32,000 bases of DNA from an uncultured archaeon. Lineage in GTDB: Archaea > Asgardarchaeota > Jordiarchaeia > Jordiarchaeales > Jordiarchaeaceae. The notes under the pieces were generated by a model. That model saw only the letters and a list, made by a program, of their open reading frames with translations, did not search any database and was not told the DNA's origin. Of the stretch, positions 9,675 through 18,160 are shown piece by piece; position 1 is the first letter of the stretch; each line of letters starts with the position of its first letter. A program made the position numbers and the translations under genes. Location: positions 1 to 32,000 of the forward strand of contig CAZECW010000140.1 of NCBI GenBank assembly GCA_964510585.1, read 5' to 3'.

Positions 9675-10841
9675 TTATTCTACAGCAAACTCCTCAGCCC
9701 ACTGTTTGAACTTAATCAACTCAGACGGTGAAACAACAGGCTTTACTCCCCTCAAAGCCTCCAAAAAATCATTCCTAGAAACAGGTCGCACCTTCACATT
9801 TTTATCATTTAATACGCCGACCGCGTCCAGTTCCCTTATAGGCATCATCAAAGCCTCCCTACATATCATAGCAATATCTGAACCAACGTAACCCTCTGTT
9901 AGCTTCGCCAGCTCTTTAAAGTCTACATCCTTCTCCAGATCAACTCCCCGAGTATGAATTTTGAAGATTTCCTCCCTAGCCTCCTCCTCTGGCATACCAA
10001 TGTAGATTCTCTTTTCGAATCTCCGACGAAGCGCAGGGTCAAGCTCCCAAGGAACATTTGTCGCACCCAAAACAACGATTTGATCCTTCTTATTTGAAGT
10101 AACTCCCTCCATCTCCTGCATAAGCTGAGTCTTCAACCTACGCTCCCCACCCACCTCGTCTCCTTCACGCCTCGTCGCTATACTGTCAACTTCATCTATG
10201 AAAATTATTGCAGGCTGCTTATTACGGGCTGCAACAAAAAGTTCCCTAACAAGCTTCTCTGATTCACCCAACCACTTGCTCACCAAAGTAGCTGCGGACA
10301 CATTGAAGAATGTGGCTTTAACTTCAGATGCAACTGCCTTAGCAATCAATGTCTTCCCGCAGCCAGGAGGGCCAAATAGGAGTATTCCCTTCCAAGGCTT
10401 TCTTGCCCCCTCAAAGAGGTCTGGGCGCATCATTGGGAGAATGATGGCTTCTCTTAGAGCCTGTTTTGCAGAGTTGAGGTTTGCCACATCGTTCCATTTG
10501 ATGTCTGGTTTTTCTGCGATTATTGTGTCAGATATTGCTTTGGACAGTTCGTCGTCTCCGACTCCGCTTTCCTCTCCTGTGGCTATGCTGGACTTTATGG
10601 TGGGGGCTCTCCTAGGCGAAACTACGGCCGATTTGATTTGTTTGCATCGTTTTACGTATTTTTCTGCTCGTTCGTAGTAGATTTGTCTCAGTTCTGGATT
10701 GTCTGTGAACTGCATGCACCTGAGCAGTATGTCTGCGGCTCTCAAATATTGTTCATAAGCCTGTTTGTAATTTCCACGGTTATCGTGTTCTATTGCTTCT
10801 TGGGCTATTTGGGTAGCGTATTTAAATAGTTTTTCTGCCAT
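9675..10841 (-). CDS. vps4: Vps4/CdvC-type AAA+ ATPase with N-terminal MIT domain
   Basis: MIT-like helices (AIEHDNRGNYKQAYEQY), Walker A GPPGCGKT, pore loop SKWLGESEK, Walker B FIDEVD, LRRRFEKRIY, C-terminal helix FKQWAEEF; no eukaryotic beta-domain insertion. Confidence 0.93.
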   Translation of the reverse strand: MAEKLFKYATQIAQEAIEHDNRGNYKQAYEQYLRAADILLRCMQFTDNPELRQIYYERAEKYVKRCKQIKSAVVSPRRAPTIKSSIATGEESGVGDDELSKAISDTIIAEKPDIKWNDVANLNSAKQALREAIILPMMRPDLFEGARKPWKGILLFGPPGCGKTLIAKAVASEVKATFFNVSAATLVSKWLGESEKLVRELFVAARNKQPAIIFIDEVDSIATRREGDEVGGERRLKTQLMQEMEGVTSNKKDQIVVLGATNVPWELDPALRRRFEKRIYIGMPEEEAREEIFKIHTRGVDLEKDVDFKELAKLTEGYVGSDIAMICREALMMPIRELDAVGVLNDKNVKVRPVSRNDFLEALRGVKPVVSPSELIKFKQWAEEFAVE

Positions 10842-10999
10842 TTTTCCCCACTTGACTTATTTTTTGCTAATATAATAATGGGTTAGCTGAAAGTTATTAT
10901 TTTTTCTCTAGGTGCAAACCCTTTATAGTGCTGGTTCTCAGTAGGATTATTTAAAGGGGATAATTCTGGGTAAAAGGTGGAACTTTTTGGTGATCCAAT

Positions 11000-11671
11000 T
11001 TAGGTTTTGCCGCCTGATTTTTCAACTGTTGGTGTTTTTGGCAGTCTTTTGTAGGCGTAGTAAAACCTTTGGATGACTGTGAAATGTGTTAGGAAGGCCA
11101 GGAGTACTATGGTCCAATATATGATTTGATTTTGGGTAGGGAACCAGGATGTCAGAAATATGCCTTGAGCAAGAATTGCAACGCCCAATATTGCAAGTCT
11201 TTCGGGTCTTTCAGCTATTCCGATTCCCAGATTCTTTAAGCCGGCAGCTTCTGCGCGGGCTCTGGCATAACTTACCAAGAGGGCGCCCACCATAGCTACG
11301 ATTCCCCAAATTGGGTGGCAGTATCCGGCTATAATTATGGCGGCAAAAATGAATACTTCGGTGTAGCGGTCTAGCACAGAATCGAGGAAGCCCCCAAATA
11401 TTGTTATTTTACCTGTTGTTCGGGCGACCAGTCCATCGAGTAAATCGCAGAAGCCCATAGCAAAAATCGTTAAGGAGGCTAAAATCAGTCTCTGCCACTC
11501 GTTTATGAGGTTAACCGGGTACACCCTATTCCCTACAATTAGTACACTAACCACAATGGATAAAATGAATCCCAAGACTGTGATACGGTTGGGAGTTAAT
11601 CCAATCTTCACCGCAACATTTACAGTTGGCGCAAAGGATTTTGTAAGAATTTCCTTAAATTTTCCAAGCAA
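11000..11671 (-). CDS. CDP-alcohol phosphatidyltransferase (archaetidylinositol-phosphate-synthase-like)
   Basis: Signature DLLDGLVARTTGKITIFGGFLDSVLDR (DxxDGxxAR...GxxxDxxxD), ERPER motif, multiple hydrophobic helices. Substrate not determinable. Confidence 0.88.
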   Translation of the reverse strand: MLGKFKEILTKSFAPTVNVAVKIGLTPNRITVLGFILSIVVSVLIVGNRVYPVNLINEWQRLILASLTIFAMGFCDLLDGLVARTTGKITIFGGFLDSVLDRYTEVFIFAAIIIAGYCHPIWGIVAMVGALLVSYARARAEAAGLKNLGIGIAERPERLAILGVAILAQGIFLTSWFPTQNQIIYWTIVLLAFLTHFTVIQRFYYAYKRLPKTPTVEKSGGKT

Positions 11672-11738
11672 ACAATTACCTCCAAAACGCGTAATTTTTA
11701 AAGGATGTAACTAGGACTTTATACTAATCTCCGCCTTT

Positions 11739-13367
11739 TTATTGATAAGCTTCTCGTAATCTTTGAAGAAGTAAGCCTCTATCAATTAAAAGTATGAATG
11801 AGGCGAGTCTCGGACCCTGTTTTTGCCCAATTAATATCCGGTAGATCAATTCGAAAAACCTTCTCGAACCTAAACCAGCTTCCTCCTTAGCTATCCTGTA
11901 AAGAATATTCTCTAATTCGCTCTCCGTAAATTCCTTCTCACCCAATCTATCCGCAAGAATTCTCAAAGCCCTCTTTTCCTCTTCTGTAAGCTGCTTCTTC
12001 AACGTAACAGGCACTCCATCAAGAATTTTTAACTTGAATCTCTCAGGCGCATATTTCTTAAGCCAAGCCTCAGCTTCCATCAGTCTCCTCTCAATTCTAA
12101 TTTTATCAATCTCAGAAGGTTCACCACCGAGAAGACCAGTGGCTCTAAGCTTCTCTATAGCATTTTCAACAAGATTCTCCTTGGGAAGAAGCTGAACCAG
12201 AGTCACCGCATGAGCATACCTTAACTGGAAGGGTAGAACCTTAGGAGGCACTCTAAGCTGAGAAAGCTCATAACTGCGCCTCATCTCAAATTCTTCCTTT
12301 TCCTGAGGAACCCTTTCAGCACCATAATACACCCTCTCCGCTTGATCATAAGCCTCAACCAGTTCGGGAACCCGAGAGAAATCTATAACCACTCTTTTCA
12401 TAGGCTTATTTTTCAGGTAAAGATATCTTAGAACTTCTGGTTCCGCTATTTCCAACCACTCAGCAGGGGTAACACCCAAAAAGTCACTGGAACCCATATC
12501 ACCCATATCCTTACCGTCCACAGACCAACCAACCCATTCATAAGGAAAACCAAAAGGAGGCTTCCTCTCAAAAATTTTCTCAACTATCTCAGCACAACTA
12601 TCACGCGATCCCCCAGGAGTAGCATGATCCTTACCGTAAGGCTCAAAATTCACATCGAGAAGTGCCCACAAAGCCGCCCACTCGACACGCCAATTTAGCT
12701 TCCCATCCTCCATTTTTGAAATTCCTTTAGCCCCACAACTACTACAAATATACTCAACAACATAATCATCCAAATTCACACTCAAAATTTCATGTTGACC
12801 AATGGTAAGACACTTCCCACACAAAGGCTCAAAAGGAATCCAACCCTCGGGATACGGCTTTCTACCACGATACTTGTTAATAATCTGTCTAAGACCTTCC
12901 CTACGCTCAATAACCCTCCTAACTAGATTCTTCATTCGATCTGTCTTATAAAGATCCGTAGTAAAAACAGGTTTAACCCCTATGGAGAAACTATCTAAGC
13001 AATCTCTAAAAGGACCCCAATAATGCTCCACCCAATTTCTATGACAGCCAAAAGGATCAGGAACATCAATCAAACGTCTACCACGATACTGCTTAGCCTC
13101 CTCTGGGCTTGAAAATTGCTCCAGCTGAGCACTCTTACCCTTCCACTGATCCTGAGTATAAAGAACCAAATAGTGCTCAGCATCCTTACCCAACCTCAAA
13201 AACTCTTCCTTAACAGTATTAGTAAGAATAATTTCACCACGAAGACGACCAAGATGCTGCAACCCAGAAACAGACATCCCACAACTACACACATAACGAT
13301 TCAAGTCTCTCCAATACTCAACAATATTTTCCACTGTTTCATCGATCCAATGCCAATACTTCTCCAA
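11739..13367 (-). CDS. lysS: Lysine--tRNA ligase, class I
   Basis: SGLQHLGRLRGE (HIGH-like), two CxxC pairs, KLNWRVEWAALW, FEPYGKDH, PEVLRYLY, GPRLASFI. Confidence 0.95.
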   Translation of the reverse strand: MEKYWHWIDETVENIVEYWRDLNRYVCSCGMSVSGLQHLGRLRGEIILTNTVKEEFLRLGKDAEHYLVLYTQDQWKGKSAQLEQFSSPEEAKQYRGRRLIDVPDPFGCHRNWVEHYWGPFRDCLDSFSIGVKPVFTTDLYKTDRMKNLVRRVIERREGLRQIINKYRGRKPYPEGWIPFEPLCGKCLTIGQHEILSVNLDDYVVEYICSSCGAKGISKMEDGKLNWRVEWAALWALLDVNFEPYGKDHATPGGSRDSCAEIVEKIFERKPPFGFPYEWVGWSVDGKDMGDMGSSDFLGVTPAEWLEIAEPEVLRYLYLKNKPMKRVVIDFSRVPELVEAYDQAERVYYGAERVPQEKEEFEMRRSYELSQLRVPPKVLPFQLRYAHAVTLVQLLPKENLVENAIEKLRATGLLGGEPSEIDKIRIERRLMEAEAWLKKYAPERFKLKILDGVPVTLKKQLTEEEKRALRILADRLGEKEFTESELENILYRIAKEEAGLGSRRFFELIYRILIGQKQGPRLASFILLIDRGLLLQRLREAYQ

Positions 13368-13677
13368 ATCACAAAACCCTTCTTAACAAATGTTATATCA
13401 TCGGAAGAAATACGCATTAGTAAATCTTTCGGAAAAACCGCCCAAAAAAATGCCCGGAACAGGTAACAACTAAAAAAGTGTTTTATAAATTCTGAGAGAC
13501 CTTGCTTTGATTGTGTGGTTTGCCTTTTTCCAGGCAGTTTAGGGTAACCTGCGCCCTTGTACTTATAGGCTCTAAATTTGGAAAAGAAACATTATGAGTC
13601 TCCCTTTTTTGAGGACGCCGAACAGCCACACAAGCACCCAGCCACATAATCAATACAAGGTCTCAAATTCCGATTTA

Positions 13678-13691
13678 GAAAAATTTAAGTA
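13678..13691 (+). promoter_or_regulatory. Putative BRE/TATA promoter of tRNA-Gly
   Basis: GAAAAA-TTTAAGTA about 33 nt upstream of the mature tRNA 5' end. Confidence 0.45.
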
Positions 13692-13723
13692 CATGTACGA
13701 ATCGCATACTTATGAGTCTTTAA

Positions 13724-13856
13724 GCGGCCTTAGTCTAGTGGCTAGGATTCCAGCCTGCCACCCATCCTACCCCAAGGTAGAAGGGCGAAGCTGGTGGCCC
13801 GGGTTCGAAATAAACCTGGAACTTTTTGTTCCTTTACGAATTTCCCGGAGGCCGCA
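13724..13856 (+). tRNA. tRNA-Gly(GCC) with two introns (anticodon loop, 28 nt; T-loop 59/60, 33 nt)
   Basis: Acceptor GCGGCCT/AGGCCGC, anticodon stem CCAGC/GCTGG with CT-GCC-A, T stem CCGGG/CCCGG. Intron 13810-13842 has a perfect BHB (AAA / TTCG:CGAA / TTT). Intron ~13762-13789 has a relaxed motif. CCA not encoded. Confidence 0.93.
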
Positions 13857-13895
13857 CTCAAATACTTTTTCTATTTGTATGATTTTTGTTTTTGT

Positions 13896-14567
13896 TTATT
13901 TTTTGTTTAGGATTATTTCTTCGTAGCAGTATAGGGCTCTTGAGATTACTATCCAGGCGTCTAGGGGTTCGGGGTAGATTGAGATTTTTTTGTCGGCTAG
14001 TTTTAGGGTGTTTGTGGAGAATTCTCCGTGTGGGAAGCCTCCTATTATTATTGTTGGGTTTTCTTGTTGTGCGCATTCGTTCATGATTGTTTTTAGTTTT
14101 GTGGGGTTTCCTTTTTCGGTGAAGATTATGGTTTGGGATGGTTTTAGTTTTTTGATTAGGGTTTCTAGGTTCATTTTTTTTAGGGTTAGTAGTGGTGTTC
14201 CTTTTGGGGGTACTTTTCCTAGTTTGTAGAGTTGTTGCATTAGTCCTATGAAGCGATTGTAGTTTTTGGGTAGTCTGGTTTGGGGATTTACTGTTATTAC
14301 GTTGTTTTGGATGGTGTGGACGAATGTTTGGAGTAGTCCTTGTTTGTTTAGAGGTGTTCCTAGTGCTGCGAGTAGTGAGAGGTGTATGATGTCTGGGCGT
14401 CCCCTTTTTTCTCGATTTGGGAGTTTCTGTACTATTTGGCTGTGTATGGAGATGTCTAGTATTTGGTGTGTTTTTTTACCTTTTTTTGGGGTCTTGGTGG
14501 TGTTATTTTTATTGATTTCTAAGGGTATTGTTTCTAGTGAGGATTCTGCTAGGATTAGTGTTAACAT
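13896..14567 (-). CDS. nep1: Nep1/Emg1 rRNA pseudouridine N1-methyltransferase (SPOUT)
   Basis: LILAESSLE, RGRPDIIHLSLL, RLPKNYNRFIGLMQQL, IIGGFPHGEF. Confidence 0.93.
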   Translation of the reverse strand: MLTLILAESSLETIPLEINKNNTTKTPKKGKKTHQILDISIHSQIVQKLPNREKRGRPDIIHLSLLAALGTPLNKQGLLQTFVHTIQNNVITVNPQTRLPKNYNRFIGLMQQLYKLGKVPPKGTPLLTLKKMNLETLIKKLKPSQTIIFTEKGNPTKLKTIMNECAQQENPTIIIGGFPHGEFSTNTLKLADKKISIYPEPLDAWIVISRALYCYEEIILNKK

Positions 14568-14739
14568 TTTTCTCTCCTTTTGTTTTGAAGCGTAATGTTT
14601 AAAACTTATTTTTATGACTTTTTTCTTGTTGAGGCTTGATTAGTTACTGATTACTTTAGGCTTAAATTGGTTGTTGTTTGAAGTTTGTTATTTTTAATGG
14701 GTCTGTATGTTTGGTAATGTAGTGGTTGGGGATTTTCAG

Positions 14740-15057
14740 ATGCCGGCGACAAGGAAAAGGGAAAGGAGGGAAATTGAGAAGATTGCGAGGGAGAGGATGG
14801 AGTATTTGATGTGTTTGGCTGATGATGTTTTTTTGCGGGATAGGGAGAGAGCGCAGCGTTATGTGGATATATGTAGGAGATTAGGTATGAGGAGTAGGGT
14901 GAGGCTTCCTAGGGTTTGGCGGTGGCGTATTTGCCGTGGTTGTAAGGCTTTTCTTTGGCCGGGTGTTAACTGTAGGGTTAGGTTGAGAGTGAGGCGACAG
15001 CCTCACATTGTGATAACTTGTTTTAATTGTGGGCAGCATATGCGTTATAATATTTAG
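14740..15057 (+). CDS. rnp4: Ribonuclease P protein component 4 (Rpp21/Rpr2)
   Basis: IARERMEYL, AQRYV, ICRGC and TCFNCG zinc motifs; start placed at MPATR (ORF track 14707). Confidence 0.92.
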   Translation: MPATRKRERREIEKIARERMEYLMCLADDVFLRDRERAQRYVDICRRLGMRSRVRLPRVWRWRICRGCKAFLWPGVNCRVRLRVRRQPHIVITCFNCGQHMRYNI

Positions 15058-15070
15058 GAGCTATGGAATT

Positions 15071-15334
15071 ATGAAGAGGATGAGGAGTGAAAAGATTAAG
15101 AAAGTGAGAAGTGGGGCAGCGACGATTCATTTGGGTAAAAAGGGTGTGACAGAGGAGTTCATTTTGGAGCTTGAGAAACTGTTAAGTAGGGAAAAGATAG
15201 TTAAGGTTAGGGTCTTGAAGAGTGTGCTTGCAGTGCAGAGCATGGATGAGGTTGCCTCAGAGATTTTGGAGAGGACCAAGTCTCAGCTTTTGGAAACTAG
15301 GGGGTATACCTTGTTGCTTGCCAAGTATGTTTAA
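15071..15334 (+). CDS. yhbY: YhbY/CRM-domain RNA-binding protein
   Basis: TIHLGKKGVTEEFILELEKLLSREKIVKVRVLKS and RGYTLLL; conserved position between rpp21 and rps19e. Confidence 0.88.
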   Translation: MKRMRSEKIKKVRSGAATIHLGKKGVTEEFILELEKLLSREKIVKVRVLKSVLAVQSMDEVASEILERTKSQLLETRGYTLLLAKYV

Positions 15335-15429
15335 TAATACGTCATATTTATATAATCTTTGGAAAAAATGTTTATAACCTGATGACGTTATATTTTACCG
15401 TTCTCAAGCTGAAAAATGGTGAATTTTGA

Positions 15430-15870
15430 ATGTCAACAGTCTATGATGTACCTGCATGGGAACTCATTCAAGAGGTGGCAGAAATTCTCAAAAGTGATCA
15501 TCCAGAGGTGACACCTCCACCAGGTTCCCAATTCTGGAAGACTGGGGTGCATAAGGAAAAAGCGCCTGAAAGGCCGGACTGGTGGTATATTCGGTGTGCT
15601 TCAATTCTTAGGAAAGTGTATCTAACTGGCCCTGTAGGGGTTTCGAGGCTGAGAACGGTGTATGGTGGAAGGAAGAGGAGGAAGGTGGCGTTAGCCCGCT
15701 CTGTGAAAGGTAGTGGTTCAATTATAAGGAAGGCGTTCCAACAACTTGAAAAGGCGGGCTTGATAGAAAGGGTGGAGAGGAAGGGTAGGAGGATTAGTAG
15801 TGAAGGAAGATCGCTCTTGGACAGGGCGGCTCATAAAGTTTATGTTAAATTAGAGAAGGTAGCAACTTAA
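15430..15870 (+). CDS. rps19e: 30S ribosomal protein S19e
   Basis: TVYDVPA, KTGVHKE, DWWYIRCASILRK, GSGSIIRKAFQQLE. Confidence 0.97.
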   Translation: MSTVYDVPAWELIQEVAEILKSDHPEVTPPPGSQFWKTGVHKEKAPERPDWWYIRCASILRKVYLTGPVGVSRLRTVYGGRKRRKVALARSVKGSGSIIRKAFQQLEKAGLIERVERKGRRISSEGRSLLDRAAHKVYVKLEKVAT

Positions 15871-15886
15871 ATATTCATTTGAAGGT

Positions 15887-16225
15887 GTGTCATCTTTGTC
15901 AGACGAAGAAATAGAGGAAATCAGAAGGCGTAGGATGCTACAACTTCAGCAGCAGATAGCTGAGGCGCAAAGGCAGGAGAGAGCTCAAAGGGAATATGAG
16001 ACGCAGAAGCAGGCAGTTTTGAGGCAGATACTGACACCTGAAGCTAGGAGCAGACTTACTAATCTTAAAATTGTGAAGCCAGATTTTGCTGATCAAATAG
16101 AGATTCAGCTCATTCAGTTGGCACAGGCAGGTAGAATTACTGCACCGCTAACTGACGAGCAGTTGAAAAATATTCTTAGGCAGTTGCAGGAGAGAAGAAG
16201 GGACATTAAAGTAAAGTATAGATAG
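15887..16225 (+). CDS. PDCD5-like DNA-binding protein
   Basis: EEIRRRRMLQL, LRQILTPEARSRLTNL, IEIQLIQLAQAG, LKNILRQL; GTG start. Confidence 0.93.
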   Translation: MSSLSDEEIEEIRRRRMLQLQQQIAEAQRQERAQREYETQKQAVLRQILTPEARSRLTNLKIVKPDFADQIEIQLIQLAQAGRITAPLTDEQLKNILRQLQERRRDIKVKYR

Positions 16226-16247
16226 ATAGATAGGGAGAGAATTCTGC

Positions 16248-16403
16248 ATGGCTAGAAATAAACCCTTACCAAAAAAGCTGAGGCTGGGGAAGGCGGGCAA
16301 ACAAAATGTTGCGGTTCCTGCTTGGATTATTGTTAAAACAAGGGGAAGGGTGAGAACCCATCCAAAGCGTAGACATTGGCGTTCTAGTCGCCTTCAGAGG
16401 TGA
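16248..16403 (+). CDS. rpl39e: 50S ribosomal protein L39e (missing from the ORF track)
   Basis: Manual translation: [51 protein letters not shown], 51 aa. Confidence 0.96.
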   Translation: MARNKPLPKKLRLGKAGKQNVAVPAWIIVKTRGRVRTHPKRRHWRSSRLQR

Positions 16404-16408
16404 ATGGT

Positions 16409-16705
16409 ATGTCTGAAGAAGAAGCGCCTCCTGGTGTAGAGAAAAAAATTGTTGAGGAACGCATTTACACTGTTCCACTTAAAACTGCTAGATATGTTCC
16501 CCCCAATCGTAGGGCTACTAAAGCGGTAAGAATTTTGAGAAGGTTTATTGTGAGGCATCTTAAGTCAGATAATGTTGTCATTCTTCCAGAGGTGAACGAA
16601 AAGATATGGGAGAGGGGTATTGAAAAACCTCCGCGTAAGATTAGAGTTAAGGCTTCTAAGGATTCGGAGGGGATAGTTGAAGTATCTCTTGCTGCTGAGG
16701 AATGA
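16409..16705 (+). CDS. rpl31e: 50S ribosomal protein L31e
   Basis: ERIYTVPL, RATKAVRILRRFIVRH, VNEKIWERGIEKPPRKIRV; start 16409 (or GTG 16400). Confidence 0.96.
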   Translation: MSEEEAPPGVEKKIVEERIYTVPLKTARYVPPNRRATKAVRILRRFIVRHLKSDNVVILPEVNEKIWERGIEKPPRKIRVKASKDSEGIVEVSLAAEE

Positions 16706-16721
16706 ATGGGGTAGACCCTAT

Positions 16722-17390
16722 TTGGTTATCGTAAGGAGTAGCTTTTTTGGTGATTCTAACATAGGCGTTTTTATATTGGCCACTGAAAGATATGTTATTT
16801 TACCCAAAGTTAGGAGGATGGCCAACAAGAGTCTTATTGAGAGAACTCTAGATGTGGAGGTTGTGGAGGCGAGTATAGGTGAGAGCTTTATTATTGGGGT
16901 TTTAGCTGCGGGAAATTCTAAGGGTTTGATAGTTCCAGAGTTTACAACCGATGAGGAGATTGAAATTATTAGGCGTCAATTGGATATTAACATAGATAGG
17001 GTTCCCGGTAAGATAAATGCCTTGGGTAACACTGTTCTTGTTAATGATAGCGCCGCCTTAGTTCATCCCGGGTTTAGCGATGAAGCCATAAAGATTATAA
17101 AGAAAAACTTGGAAGTTGATGTTTACCGTGGAAGTATAGCTGGCTCGCCCTTAGTTGGTTCCATAGCAGTTGCAACTAATAGTGGAGTTTTGGCGCATCC
17201 TTTAACGGATGATAAAACTTTAGAGTGGCTAAGCGATAAATTCAAAACTCCTGTGGGTATAGGGACAGTTAACTGTGGTAACCCGTATATAAAAGTTGGT
17301 CTAGTAGCCAACACAAAGGGAGCTATAGTGGGTAAAGAAACCACAGGTCCTGAAATGTTTCAGATAGGGCAGACCCTAAATCTTGAATAG
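16722..17390 (+). CDS. eif6: Translation initiation factor 6 (aIF6/eIF6)
   Basis: GDSNIGVF, NALGNTVLVND..ALVHP, VGSIAVATNSGVLAHP, GTVNCG, ETTGPE; TTG start at 16722 inferred. Confidence 0.95.
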   Translation: MVIVRSSFFGDSNIGVFILATERYVILPKVRRMANKSLIERTLDVEVVEASIGESFIIGVLAAGNSKGLIVPEFTTDEEIEIIRRQLDINIDRVPGKINALGNTVLVNDSAALVHPGFSDEAIKIIKKNLEVDVYRGSIAGSPLVGSIAVATNSGVLAHPLTDDKTLEWLSDKFKTPVGIGTVNCGNPYIKVGLVANTKGAIVGKETTGPEMFQIGQTLNLE

Positions 17391-17658
17391 AGTTGGAGAG
17401 ATGAATATGTCTAAAGATTCTGTGAGTGTGAAGATATTCAGAGTAAAGGGAAGGTTTAAGGGTAAAAACGAGGAATTTAAATTTGTTAGAGAAATCAGAG
17501 CATTGAGCGAGGAAGAGGCAAAAGAGATCATATATTCGACAATTGGGAGTAACCACAAAGTAAAGAGGCACCACATTAAATTTGACGAGATAACAGTTAT
17601 AAGCCCAAACAAAGCCAGTGACCCAACTATAAGATACCTCTCAAATTTGGAGACGTGA
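17383..17658 (+). CDS. rpl18a: 50S ribosomal protein L18a/L20e (LX)
   Basis: KIFRVKG, FVREIRAL, IYSTIGSNHKVKRHHIKF; start uncertain (17383, 17401 or 17407). Confidence 0.92.
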   Translation: MNRVGEMNMSKDSVSVKIFRVKGRFKGKNEEFKFVREIRALSEEEAKEIIYSTIGSNHKVKRHHIKFDEITVISPNKASDPTIRYLSNLET

Positions 17659-17662
17659 AGAT

Positions 17663-18085
17663 ATGTCAGAAGATGAACGTAATTTGGAAAGAATTATTGC
17701 AGAATTGAATGCTTATGAGCAGCAGGCACGTATTTTGCAAAGGAGAATAGATTTGATAAATGCTTCGTTGCAAGAAATAGCTTTAACTACAGAGTCCCTA
17801 GACGAACTCAAAAACGTTACTGAGGATAATGAGGTTCTTATGCCTTTAGGATCGGGTGTATATGTAAGGGCGAAGATAATTGATATGAAAAAAGTGATAA
17901 CAACCATCGGCGCAGATGTGGCTGTGGATAAGGATATCACGGGAGCGCAGCTCAGCCTAGATCAGAGATCTATGGCTCTTCAAAACGCGCTGCAAGCTAC
18001 AGGGCAACAATTGCAAGAGATAGCGAACAAAATTAATGAGTTAAACAGAAAAGCACAGATTCTCGTTGCTAAAATTAGAGGCTGA
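17663..18085 (+). CDS. pfdA: Prefoldin alpha subunit
   Basis: Coiled coils flanking EVLMPLGSGVYVRAKI..KVITTIGADVAV beta hairpins; conserved position before ftsY. Confidence 0.94.
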   Translation: MSEDERNLERIIAELNAYEQQARILQRRIDLINASLQEIALTTESLDELKNVTEDNEVLMPLGSGVYVRAKIIDMKKVITTIGADVAVDKDITGAQLSLDQRSMALQNALQATGQQLQEIANKINELNRKAQILVAKIRG

Positions 18086-18160
18086 ATATTTTTATTTTAA
18101 AAATACTTTTAAACTAATTTTTAGAAATTTCACTAATCATGTATCTATGGTGGATTATTA

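Noticed and set aside
12490-12520. LysRS KMSKS loop reads DMGSS
   Set aside because: I recall such variants together with the SGLQH motif in other archaeal class I LysRS; not evidence of inactivation.
16221-16233. GATA x3 microsatellite after the PDCD5-like gene
   Set aside because: Too short to be meaningful.
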